Assembly (NCBI GenBank): GCA_964557905.1 | Contig: CAZLCF010000001.1 | Span: 1-34,897 of the forward strand | Direction: 5' to 3' | Length of the DNA stretch: 34,897 nt | DNA from: an uncultured Rikenellaceae bacterium | Lineage (GTDB): Bacteria; Bacteroidota; Bacteroidia; Bacteroidales; VadinHA17 | Part shown: piece after piece, positions 1-8,262 of the stretch | Numbering within the stretch: position 1 is the first letter of the stretch | How the letters are laid out: every line of letters begins with the position of its first letter | Notes under the pieces: generated by a model | Seen by the model: only the letters and a program-made list of their open reading frames with translations | Database searches by the model: none | What the model was told of the DNA's origin: nothing | Translations under genes and position numbers: made by a program

Positions 1-2
1 CA

Positions 3-239
3 AAGTACCCGGCAACTCTGGTTACGACAGGCGATCACGATGACAGGGTCGTGCCGGCTCATTCATTCAAGTTTGCAGCGCATCTTCAAGCAAAACAGGC
101 CGGGATCAATCCTGTGCTTATACGGATTGAAACAAAAGCCGGACATGGTGCCGGGACACCTGTCAGCAAAACCATTGAGCAATATGCCGATATCTACAGC
201 TTCACTCTCTGGAACATGGGGATCAAGGAGCTGAAATGA
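3..239 (+). CDS. Prolyl oligopeptidase (S9 family), C-terminal fragment; the gene starts upstream of the window
   Basis: The frame is open from base 3 and reads [26 protein letters not shown]...[14 protein letters not shown]. The DHDDRV and GHG motifs match the Asp and His regions of the S9 catalytic triad. Stop codon at 237-239. Confidence 0.8.
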   Translation, partial: KYPATLVTTGDHDDRVVPAHSFKFAAHLQAKQAGINPVLIRIETKAGHGAGTPVSKTIEQYADIYSFTLWNMGIKELK

Positions 240-249
240 AATAACTTCA

Positions 250-1431
250 ATGGCAGAAAAAATAATCAGAAGCGGGATTGCCGGATCAGGCTACGCTGCA
301 AGGTTCCATTTTGAAGCCTTGCAGCGGCTTTATTCTGTAAATGTTAATATAACGGGATCATACTCTCCCACTGCTGAAAGGCTTAAGCTGTTCACTGAAG
401 AACGCCATCTGAAAGCTTTCAGCAGCCTTGGGTCCCTGATTGATGATTCAGATGTCATTCATGTCTGTACACCTCCTTCAACTCATGAACCGATCGTAAT
501 CGCAGCTCTTGAGAAAAACAAACATGTGATCGTCGAAAAGCCTTTTACAGGATATTTCGGGGATGGAAGTGAAGACTTTAACGGAGACATGTTCCCCCGC
601 GAAAAAGGACTTGAACAGGCTCTTGCCAGCATAAAAAGGATGATTGAAGCAGAAAAAAAGAGCCGCGGAAAGATCATGTATGCAGAAAACTGGATCTATG
701 CTCCCGCGGTAATCAAGGAACGGGATATTCTCCGGAAGACAAAAGCCCAGATCCTCTGGATGCACGGTGAAGAATCTCATTCGGGTTCCCATTCAAAGAC
801 ATATGGCCAATGGAAATTTTCCGGAGGAGGTTCAATGATCGGCAAAGGATGTCATCCGCTGTCAGCGGCATTGCATTTTAAGCAGATTGAAGGTAAGGCA
901 CGGGATGGCAAACTGATAAGGCCGGCGACTGTATCTGCCCGTACTCATGCAGTTACCAGGATGCCGGGATTCAGGGATGAAGGTTATCTCAGAACTACCT
1001 ATAAAGATATCGAGGATTTCGCATCAATTCATGTGATTTTTGAAGACGGGACATTCGCTGATATTTTTGCCAGCGAGCTGGTGCTGGGAGGAGTTAATAA
1101 CTGGATAGAGGTGAATACCAGCAATCACAGGACAATCTGCAATATAAGTCCGAATAATGCAATGCAGACCTATACACCTGATGAGAAGCATTTTACAAAT
1201 GTTTATATAGTTGAAAAGACCGAAACAAAACAGGGCTGGTCGTCCGTTTCTCCTGATGAAGGCTGGTTTACAGGTTACCAGCACGAGATGGAGGCTTTCT
1301 ACCGGTCTATTGCTTTTGGCGATCCTGTGGAAAGCGGCAGCAGCCTGGCAGCAGATGTGATAGCAACTATTTACGCAGGCTATTTATCAGCTGAAAGAAA
1401 AGGATCAGAAGTTCCTGTCACATTAATATAA
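250..1431 (+). CDS. Gfo/Idh/MocA family NAD(P)-dependent oxidoreductase, cytoplasmic (no signal peptide)
   Basis: 393-aa ORF with an N-terminal Rossmann motif (GIAGSGYAARFH) and the family EKP motif (VIVEKPF). It has the typical two-domain length. Confidence 0.75.
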   Translation: MAEKIIRSGIAGSGYAARFHFEALQRLYSVNVNITGSYSPTAERLKLFTEERHLKAFSSLGSLIDDSDVIHVCTPPSTHEPIVIAALEKNKHVIVEKPFTGYFGDGSEDFNGDMFPREKGLEQALASIKRMIEAEKKSRGKIMYAENWIYAPAVIKERDILRKTKAQILWMHGEESHSGSHSKTYGQWKFSGGGSMIGKGCHPLSAALHFKQIEGKARDGKLIRPATVSARTHAVTRMPGFRDEGYLRTTYKDIEDFASIHVIFEDGTFADIFASELVLGGVNNWIEVNTSNHRTICNISPNNAMQTYTPDEKHFTNVYIVEKTETKQGWSSVSPDEGWFTGYQHEMEAFYRSIAFGDPVESGSSLAADVIATIYAGYLSAERKGSEVPVTLI

Positions 1432-3943
1432 ATTCCTTTACTGTAATCTCACCATAAGCAACATTTAAAAATGGCTTGCCATTTTCAATCCCGACATTCC
1501 CGAAGCCTGTGGCTGTTGAAATAAATGAGGTGAAATCACCTAATCCCGAATTGATATACATAACCTGATCAACCGCATCATACCTCACACCGGAAAGAGC
1601 CTGAAGCATTGCATAACTCGACATTGCCCTTGCATACCAGTGACCACATTCATATTCATTGAAAGGATTCCGGATTTTTCCATTATATCTGTCGCGGCAG
1701 ATTCTTACAATCTCAAGTCCTTTTTCCACTTCACCCATCATCATCAGGTGCGAGGCTACCTGGTATTCAATACCAGTCCATACTTCATCACTGTAAACAA
1801 ACGGAAGCGACAGCTTGCTTCCTTTCGGCCAGCTGCAAAGCAAAAGACCTCCCTCATTGCCAATTGCATATGAAGGACGCTGGGGATTTGAATGATCTGA
1901 AAGATCGGTGCGGAGATTATATTTGTATACTGATTTCAGGTGACTGGTCACTTTCAAGGAATCAACCACATTCCTGAGACCGCAAACTTCTCCTATCCAG
2001 TCACCAAGGATACCATCGGAAAGACATCCTGTGCCATACTGATATTTAGGACCTTCCTTCTGAAGCAGTGCCCTGGCTTCTTCGGAATAATCTGATGACC
2101 ATGACCCTTCAGAGGCTTTGACAGGGTCGGGAGAATTAAGTCCCTCCCATTTTATCTTCTGGATGAAATATTCTCCGTCATAAAGATCAGATTCCAGAAA
2201 AGCTTTTCCTTTTGAATAAAGCGCTTCATATTTTGATACGTTATTACCAAGGTATTTGCCCATTTCTGATATGGCCCTGAGGGCTCCCAGGTAGAAGCTT
2301 GTACACATCCCGTCGGGTCCCCAGAATTCAATATCATAGGTATTATGGTGTGGTTCTTCAAGTGTGCCTGTGGAACGGGGATCCCAGGTTTTGATGCAAT
2401 AATCCATGCTTTCAACCACTTTTGGGTACAATTTCTTAAGCCAATCAGTATCACCGCTGATACGCCAGTCGCGGTAAACTTTCATGATCCCTCCTAATTG
2501 GCCGTCAGATGCTGCATAAAAAGTAGTTGCCACAGGACGGATCGGCAAGGCCGATCTGAATGTCTGATGCCCTTCTTTATCCTGGCTTGGGAAAAATTCC
2601 GTCTCACGGAGGGTTCTCTCAAGTGAAGGGAAAAGATGAGGAATAGCCTGGGCATAATTCCATACATGAGTACAGGAACCTGCACAACAGCCGGAATTGT
2701 CACTGCATCCCTCCCAGTTCCAGAGCTTCCCGTCTCGCTGACGTAAAACCGTTGGTGATTTGAGAATAGTAAGATTAGCAGCTACTGCTTCAATCACTTC
2801 CGGAGGAAAAGTCGTGGAATAAAATGCATTGCAGAACATTTCAGATTTCCCGAGAAGATCATTGTAATTTGTTTTCCAGTAATTTATCACATCGTTTATC
2901 CCGGAAAATTTCGCTGAATACCATGGTTTATAAAAGGGATCTTTGCAGGTACAATCAGGATCGGTGCATACTTCATCATCCGGCTCCTGTGAATCCTGCC
3001 CATATTTCAAGTTTGAGTTGGGCACATACCATGCCATTAGCAGCTTAATTACTTTTGTCTCACCCGGATCCAATGTTAATGGTACATATAGTGATGCACC
3101 CGGGGCATCATATTCAACCGGTGAAGTGTTCCTGGTTTCACCTTTTAAAATTGTATTCCATGTCATAGTCACTGGATCCCGCCATCCTCCCCTGAACCAG
3201 CAATGGTCCACAACGGTCTCCGGCTCAGTGGTATATATTGCAAAGTCACCCTGTTTTTCCTGATTTTCTATATCTCCCTCCTCAGATAACACAAATCCTC
3301 CGGCAACAGGTTTTACAGAAGCTTTACCGCCGGACTGCCTCATGAAATTCTTGGTGTTATAGGAGAATACTGCTTCTAGGATTGAATTGCCGGTGTTTGT
3401 AAATGAATATTCCAGCGCTCCGACAGGCAGGCTTGAATTGTCAGCATCTGTGGGTATAAAAGGACTCCATCCTTTTATCATGACATCGAGGGGAATATCA
3501 TCATCCCTGAGTTCAACTCCGGCAAACGGGAATCTTGCATGGAATGTTGAATTCATGAACCTGGGAAGTCCGTAGGTCGCACCCTCGGAACCGTTTCCGG
3601 AACCGGTCTGGCCAAAGTGCTTCCATGCGGGGACCTGCCCTTCAAGGACCTTTGTTCCGTTTTCAATTCCCTTTACCGAAATTGCTGCAAACATGCATGG
3701 TTCATTGAACACTTCCGGCCTGTTCCTGACAGACATATGTGAAATTGCCCCGGTACCTTCCAGGCAAAACATCCCCGCACCCATACCGCCAATCGGAAAA
3801 GCGATCCGGTTCAGGTATTCACCTGAATAACTTTCATTATACTTATGGCCTTCACTTTCTGCACTCTCTTTTTGCTGACAGGAGCCCGGAATAAAATTAA
3901 TGACAGCAAAAGCCAATAACAGATGATCCAGATATTTCTTCAT
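1418..3943 (-). CDS. Glycoside hydrolase family 116 (GBA2-type beta-glucosidase/glucosylceramidase-like), probable lipoprotein
   Basis: 841-aa ORF with an ATG at 3941-3943 and a signal peptide ending in a lipobox-like PGSC. The conserved GH116 block WNWEGCSDNSGCCAGSCTHVWNYAQA is present, and the length fits an N-terminal beta-sandwich plus (alpha/alpha)6 architecture. Confidence 0.75.
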   Translation of the reverse strand: MKKYLDHLLLAFAVINFIPGSCQQKESAESEGHKYNESYSGEYLNRIAFPIGGMGAGMFCLEGTGAISHMSVRNRPEVFNEPCMFAAISVKGIENGTKVLEGQVPAWKHFGQTGSGNGSEGATYGLPRFMNSTFHARFPFAGVELRDDDIPLDVMIKGWSPFIPTDADNSSLPVGALEYSFTNTGNSILEAVFSYNTKNFMRQSGGKASVKPVAGGFVLSEEGDIENQEKQGDFAIYTTEPETVVDHCWFRGGWRDPVTMTWNTILKGETRNTSPVEYDAPGASLYVPLTLDPGETKVIKLLMAWYVPNSNLKYGQDSQEPDDEVCTDPDCTCKDPFYKPWYSAKFSGINDVINYWKTNYNDLLGKSEMFCNAFYSTTFPPEVIEAVAANLTILKSPTVLRQRDGKLWNWEGCSDNSGCCAGSCTHVWNYAQAIPHLFPSLERTLRETEFFPSQDKEGHQTFRSALPIRPVATTFYAASDGQLGGIMKVYRDWRISGDTDWLKKLYPKVVESMDYCIKTWDPRSTGTLEEPHHNTYDIEFWGPDGMCTSFYLGALRAISEMGKYLGNNVSKYEALYSKGKAFLESDLYDGEYFIQKIKWEGLNSPDPVKASEGSWSSDYSEEARALLQKEGPKYQYGTGCLSDGILGDWIGEVCGLRNVVDSLKVTSHLKSVYKYNLRTDLSDHSNPQRPSYAIGNEGGLLLCSWPKGSKLSLPFVYSDEVWTGIEYQVASHLMMMGEVEKGLEIVRICRDRYNGKIRNPFNEYECGHWYARAMSSYAMLQALSGVRYDAVDQVMYINSGLGDFTSFISTATGFGNVGIENGKPFLNVAYGEITVKEFILM

Positions 3944-3980
3944 CTTCCAAATATTTAATTAAAATACTGTATTAATTACT

Positions 3981-4036
3981 GTAATGCCCTAATGCCTTAA
4001 CGCCATAATGCCATTATGCCGCTGTGCCGTTGCGCC
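3981..4036. repeat. Seven tandem degenerate 8-nt units in the 104-nt spacer upstream of the GH116 start
   Basis: Read directly on the plus strand: GTAATGCC CTAATGCC TTAACGCC ATAATGCC ATTATGCC GCTGTGCC GTTGCGCC. On the transcribed minus strand the units read GGCRYWRY. The 8-nt period is not codon-compatible. Confidence 0.8.
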
Positions 4037-4047
4037 TCATTGTTTTT

Positions 4048-4947
4048 TCAACTTTCCAGTATCTTCACCAGCCTGTTGCACAGATCTTTAAGACCTTCGG
4101 GTGTATCACCGCCGGGTTGTTCTATCGTAGCCCAATCATTGTATCCGATATGATCCAGGGCTTCCATTACACTTAGCCAGTTCACATCTCCTTCCCCAAG
4201 GTTCACATCAAACCCGGCATACCTGCCCTGCGTATCTGCAATTTTTCGGTTATACTCCTTTATATGGATTTTTGCGATCCTCCTTTGTCCAAGGATCCTT
4301 ATCCATTGTTCCGGCCAGCCATAAGCCAGAATATTACCACAGTCAAAATAGAATTTTACCCGGGAGCTGCCGAACATGTCAACATATTGCATGGCATCAA
4401 AAGGGCTGAGAAGGAAATTATTCCATACGTTTTCAATGCCGATATTAATCTCCAGCTCTTCTGCCAGAGGCAGTACTTTCCTTATTTCATCTCCTGACCG
4501 GACCCAGCACTCATTATAGCTTATACTTTCTGTAACACGGCCCGGGACAAGCAATACCGTATCAGCACCATAGGCTTTGGCATCCTCAAGTGTCACTTTA
4601 AGGGCTTCAACCCCGCTCTCTCTTATTTTTGGATCCGGATCAGACAGAAGGTATTCCCAGTGCATGGCACCGCAAACACTGGGTATAGATAATCCTGTAG
4701 CATCGCGCGCCTTCAGTACTTCATTTCTGTCAAGATGGCTCATCACTTCAATCCCGTCGAAACCGGCAGCTTTTGCAGATTGAAATTTCTCATATATGGT
4801 TTTGCCAACACCATTGCTCCCCCACATAATTCCTTTTTTAATAGTTCTGACAGGAGGAATAAGAATTTCGGAGAAGCTACTTAAAGGTGCAGCCGAGACT
4901 ACAGCAGAAGTCATAAGCGTTCTTTTTGTAAATTGTCTTCTGTTCAT
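4048..4947 (-). CDS. Sugar phosphate isomerase/epimerase (xylose isomerase-like TIM barrel) with a twin-arginine export signal
   Basis: ORF 4048-4953. The track start is TTG, so I prefer the ATG at 4945-4947, which gives MNRRQFTKRTLMTSAVVSAAPL (RR-x-F-x-K Tat motif). The body has the alternating pattern of the AP-endonuclease-2/xylose-isomerase-like TIM barrel (IGIENVWNN, HIKEY). Confidence 0.65.
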   Translation of the reverse strand: MNRRQFTKRTLMTSAVVSAAPLSSFSEILIPPVRTIKKGIMWGSNGVGKTIYEKFQSAKAAGFDGIEVMSHLDRNEVLKARDATGLSIPSVCGAMHWEYLLSDPDPKIRESGVEALKVTLEDAKAYGADTVLLVPGRVTESISYNECWVRSGDEIRKVLPLAEELEINIGIENVWNNFLLSPFDAMQYVDMFGSSRVKFYFDCGNILAYGWPEQWIRILGQRRIAKIHIKEYNRKIADTQGRYAGFDVNLGEGDVNWLSVMEALDHIGYNDWATIEQPGGDTPEGLKDLCNRLVKILES

Positions 4948-4974
4948 AAACAATCGATTTTAAGCATGATAATG

Positions 4975-6372
4975 TTAAATATTTGGTTCCGTACCAATTA
5001 CCGGGATCACCTCAGGAATACCGGGCACCGGGCCAAATGCATAGGTTTTCGGGCCGAGATAAAGATCCGAATTCAGCACCTCATCCCAGGTGACATCCTT
5101 ACCGGTATATGCCGACATACGTCCCATAATGGTTACGAGTGTTGAAATGACCTGGGCTTCAGCATCATTTATAACATTTCCAGTGCGGATTCCCGTTACA
5201 AGGTTGATATGTTCCTGTAAATACGGATCTGTTACTTTCCAGGTCTGGTCCTCTGATCCTTCATCAGGACTAGGGTATTCCCATATCTCCTCCCCTTTCA
5301 GGTTATAGATAATCCCTTTTGCGTCAGCAAATCCATCAGTACCCACGATAAACTGCTTTGTAAGATTGCTGCAGCCCGTAATCTGTCGCGCAGCACAATG
5401 AGTATGCATGCCGTTATCGTATATATATTCTATACTGAAGAAGTCGTACTGATCTCCTGTCACCCTTCTCTGACGTCCGCCCCAGCCTATAGCACTGACT
5501 GGATTTTTGCCAATATACCAGTTCATTACATCGATTTCATGAATGAATTGCTCAACAATATGATCACCGGAAAGCCAGCAGAAATTGGCCCAGTTCCTGA
5601 GCATATATTCCATATCGGTCCAGCCTGGTTTTCGTTTTATAACCCAAAGTGAACCGCCGTTACGGATAATATGGGCGCTGACGATATCACCTATTTCACC
5701 GTTGATCACTCTCCTTCTTGTTTCCATGAAATCTTTCTGAACCCTCCTGATTGTTCCGCTGACCATGCATAATCCTTTTTCTTTTGCCCTTTCAATGGAG
5801 ACCATTACAGAACGTACTCCTGCAGGATCGACCGCACAGGGTTTTTCAAGGAATATATGTTTACCCGCCTGGACCGCTGCAGCTATATGAGCCGGACGGA
5901 AATGAGGCGGTGTGCAAAGCAGCACGACATCAACACCTGAGTCGATTACCTTCTGATAGCTGTCAAATCCCGTGAAGCATTTCTCATCAGCTATTTCAAT
6001 ATTCTTTTCCTTCTTAAGCTGTTCCCGGCATTGATCCAGCCTGTCCCGGAAAACATCTCCAAGGGCAGTTATCTGAAGGTTTGGACCCGCATCAACGAAG
6101 TTAACTGCAGCTCCGGTACCCCTGCCTCCGCAGCCAATGAGCCCTGCTTTAATTACTTGTCCGTCAGGAGCCTGTGTAAGAAGAACCTGGAGTTTTTCTT
6201 CCTCCTTTTTAGGAGTTTTTTCGCCACAGGAGGTAAATACACTCAAAGCACCTATTGTACCAACCGAAGCGAGGGCAGATTTTGAAATAAAACTGCGTCT
6301 GCTAAGATCATTTGTGCCTGAAATTTTTGAATACTTCTTTCTTTTCATATCATAATATATTAAGGTTGTCAT
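4975..6372 (-). CDS. Gfo/Idh/MocA family oxidoreductase with a Tat signal and lipobox (periplasmic; GH109-like architecture)
   Basis: 465-aa ORF with the Tat motif SRRSFISKSALASVGTIGALSVFTSC, the Rossmann motif GLIGCGGRGTGAA and the EKP motif IFLEKPCA. The ATG at 6370-6372 overlaps the upstream gene's TGA (ATGA). An alternative ATG lies at 6346-6348 (MKRKKYSK). Confidence 0.75.
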   Translation of the reverse strand: MTTLIYYDMKRKKYSKISGTNDLSRRSFISKSALASVGTIGALSVFTSCGEKTPKKEEEKLQVLLTQAPDGQVIKAGLIGCGGRGTGAAVNFVDAGPNLQITALGDVFRDRLDQCREQLKKEKNIEIADEKCFTGFDSYQKVIDSGVDVVLLCTPPHFRPAHIAAAVQAGKHIFLEKPCAVDPAGVRSVMVSIERAKEKGLCMVSGTIRRVQKDFMETRRRVINGEIGDIVSAHIIRNGGSLWVIKRKPGWTDMEYMLRNWANFCWLSGDHIVEQFIHEIDVMNWYIGKNPVSAIGWGGRQRRVTGDQYDFFSIEYIYDNGMHTHCAARQITGCSNLTKQFIVGTDGFADAKGIIYNLKGEEIWEYPSPDEGSEDQTWKVTDPYLQEHINLVTGIRTGNVINDAEAQVISTLVTIMGRMSAYTGKDVTWDEVLNSDLYLGPKTYAFGPVPGIPEVIPVIGTEPNI

Positions 6373-7565
6373 CTTTCAATTACTTCAAGACCCTGCCAGG
6401 AAGGTAGTGTAGGGAATCTGGCATGAGGTTCAGCCTGGTACCAGAAACATACAGATGAAATGTCGGATTTTTGTGCATTGTATCTGCCTCCTTTATGCCA
6501 TCCAAGATCCTGCATGGTGATTTTTAGATCCTTATCAAACCTGACAGGGTCCATTATATGCCAGCGATACAATCCAAATCGCTGCATAATACTGTAGTTA
6601 CCATCGCCGCGAATCACCTGGTGTAAACCGGAATAAGGGGTACAGAATTCGGTGTAGTTTGATTCAATTACTCCGGCGTCGTTCTCTTTGCTTGAATGAA
6701 AATCATACGATCCGCAGAAATAATCTTCTGTTCCAGTACCGCATATTGTCGGGAATTGAGTATCTCCATCCATGTAGAATTTGATTTCACCTTCACCCCA
6801 CCAGCCATTATTGTGAATGCCCCATGCCATATAAACTCCCACATACTGACCTTTACCCTTAATGCCGTCTGCTATTGTATGAACAGATGATTCATTCTGA
6901 TTTGAACGGCGAAATTGTGCATGGAAATAGGCTGCATCAGCCGGTAACTCAGTGAGAGTATAATCGATCTGGTAGTATAATGTCATCGGGTCCGTATCGT
7001 TGATGTTTTCCATGGTTATCTTACATTTCTTCCTGAATGGCATCGCCCAGTAGCAGTTAAATGCACTCCCCGGATTAACGCATATTGCAAGTGATGAAAG
7101 CTGAGCATAGCTGCCCCATCCCATACCAAAGAAATCACCAACCGGGCATTCAATTGATGGTTCTGTTTCGTCATCCCAATAAAACCTGATTATAGAGAAC
7201 CGCCAGTTGCCAGTCGGAGTCATCCAGATATGCTGAATTGCTCCGGGACCTTCAATTTCGGCCATGGTGAAGGTTTCTCCTGATTTGATCCTGACATATG
7301 GATTCACCTTCCAACCCTGCCCAAGATCGCGTGCGGCATTAAATGCATTTGCCATATTGGGTTTATCCTTGTCAGCAGCAGGATCTGCCATCCCGGCTTT
7401 GCCCTTTTCACCGGTAAAGTTTTCCGGGCTTATGGAACGGGTTTTTGCGTCGGACAACCTGTAGAGATTACCCATGTTCATGTCGATCCCGTTGAATTTG
7501 CTTTGCGTGAATGCAAATAATGGCAAAAAGCAGATTAAAGCAATAATTACAAGAATCCTTTTCAT
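6369..7565 (-). CDS. DUF2961 / glycoside hydrolase family 172 protein, secreted
   Basis: ORF 6369-7592 (the track start is TTG). I prefer the ATG at 7563-7565, giving the signal peptide MKRILVIIALICFLPLFAFTQ. The block GPGAIQHIWMTPTGNWRFSIIRFYWDDETEPSIECPVGDFFG is as I remember the DUF2961 family. Confidence 0.65.
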   Translation of the reverse strand: MKRILVIIALICFLPLFAFTQSKFNGIDMNMGNLYRLSDAKTRSISPENFTGEKGKAGMADPAADKDKPNMANAFNAARDLGQGWKVNPYVRIKSGETFTMAEIEGPGAIQHIWMTPTGNWRFSIIRFYWDDETEPSIECPVGDFFGMGWGSYAQLSSLAICVNPGSAFNCYWAMPFRKKCKITMENINDTDPMTLYYQIDYTLTELPADAAYFHAQFRRSNQNESSVHTIADGIKGKGQYVGVYMAWGIHNNGWWGEGEIKFYMDGDTQFPTICGTGTEDYFCGSYDFHSSKENDAGVIESNYTEFCTPYSGLHQVIRGDGNYSIMQRFGLYRWHIMDPVRFDKDLKITMQDLGWHKGGRYNAQKSDISSVCFWYQAEPHARFPTLPSWQGLEVIER

Positions 7566-7649
7566 ATCATTAAGGTTAGATTTAGATATCAATACAATCT
7601 AAAATTAACAAATATGCAGGAATTGCAGGTTATATTTCGGATGAATTTG

Positions 7650-7683
7650 AAAAAAAACCGGGGTATTGCATGCAACACCCCAG
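7650..7683 (-). terminator. Intrinsic terminator after the small beta-barrel gene
   Basis: The minus strand reads GGGGUGUUG-CAUG-CAAUACCCC (9-bp stem, 4-nt loop, extendable by 2 bp), followed by GG and a run of eight U. It lies 25 nt past the stop codon at 7708. Confidence 0.75.
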
Positions 7684-7707
7684 CCTATGTGATTTAAAAT
7701 CCGGCTT

Positions 7708-8160
7708 TTAGAAAATATATCTTAATGAGAGAGCACCACCATCGGCAAAGAAATGGCCATATCCGAAGTCGAAGGCAGGTTTCCAGTCCAGGCTGAGATT
7801 TATAGGAGCTTCTTTAAAATTATATTCCAGACCTAATATCCCATCGACTCCAACAAATGTTCCTTCTCCGCCGCCATAATTGCTTCCATAAAAGCCAACA
7901 TGCGCACCGCCGCCGAAATACCAGTTAAGTCTGGAGATATCTGCCAGGTTATTATGGATTTCATACAAACCTGTTATTTCAAAACCACTCCATCTCGTAG
8001 CGAGAAGGACTTCAAGGGCAGATTTGCCTGATATAAAATGCTTGAATGTCAAACCCTGGTTAAATCCGACCCTTAAACCAATCCCATTCCTATAATCCTG
8101 GGCATTGGCAACAGCTGCAAATAATACAGCAACTGTAATTATCGCTAAAAATCTTTTCAT
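7708..8160 (-). CDS. Small outer-membrane beta-barrel protein (about 8 strands)
   Basis: 150 aa with the signal peptide MKRFLAIITVAVLFAAVANAQ, alternating Gly/aromatic-rich amphipathic strands, and a C-terminal beta-signal ending LSLRYIF. Confidence 0.65.
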   Translation of the reverse strand: MKRFLAIITVAVLFAAVANAQDYRNGIGLRVGFNQGLTFKHFISGKSALEVLLATRWSGFEITGLYEIHNNLADISRLNWYFGGGAHVGFYGSNYGGGEGTFVGVDGILGLEYNFKEAPINLSLDWKPAFDFGYGHFFADGGALSLRYIF

Positions 8161-8262
8161 GATAATTTGTTTTATGATTACACTGTAAAAATAATAAATT
8201 TTAACTAAAACGAAAATTTCTTCAGGTTAGAAGGGCGTTTTCTTAATATGCTTTTTCGGGAT

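Noticed and set aside
40-234. A 64-aa ORF in an alternative frame at the left edge.
   Set aside because: It overlaps the frame that reads through the conserved prolyl oligopeptidase C-terminus (GDHDDRV, GHG), so the peptidase frame is the real one.
478-792. Antisense or alternative-frame ORFs of 60-130 aa nested inside long genes. Examples: 478-792, 1024-1284, 2943-3263, 8724-9074, 23536-24191, 31268-31660, 21126-21482.
   Set aside because: All lie wholly within much longer ORFs that have clear family signatures. Their translations are low-complexity or Cys/Ser/Leu-rich with no recognisable motifs, start context or signals. They are best explained as shadow ORFs.
1418-1431. A 14-nt convergent overlap between the 3' ends of the cytoplasmic oxidoreductase gene and the GH116 gene.
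   Set aside because: Short tail-to-tail overlaps are common in compact genomes. Both stop codons are unambiguous and no extra signal is visible, so it is noted only as context for the glycan cluster.
3981-4036. Whether the short tandem repeat is a CRISPR array or minisatellite-like mobile element end.
   Set aside because: The units are 8 nt, contiguous and without spacers, and the total is 56 nt. No cas, transposase or integrase genes occur anywhere in the window.
7708-8160. Whether the gene next to the WD40-caspase is a bacterial gasdermin-type pore-former, which would make this a gasdermin/protease death module.
   Set aside because: The neighbour is only 150 aa, and has a cleavable Sec signal, Gly/aromatic beta-strands and a terminal Phe beta-signal. 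That is a classical small outer-membrane barrel, not a gasdermin of about 250 aa made in the cytoplasm. The protease itself also carries a signal peptide.
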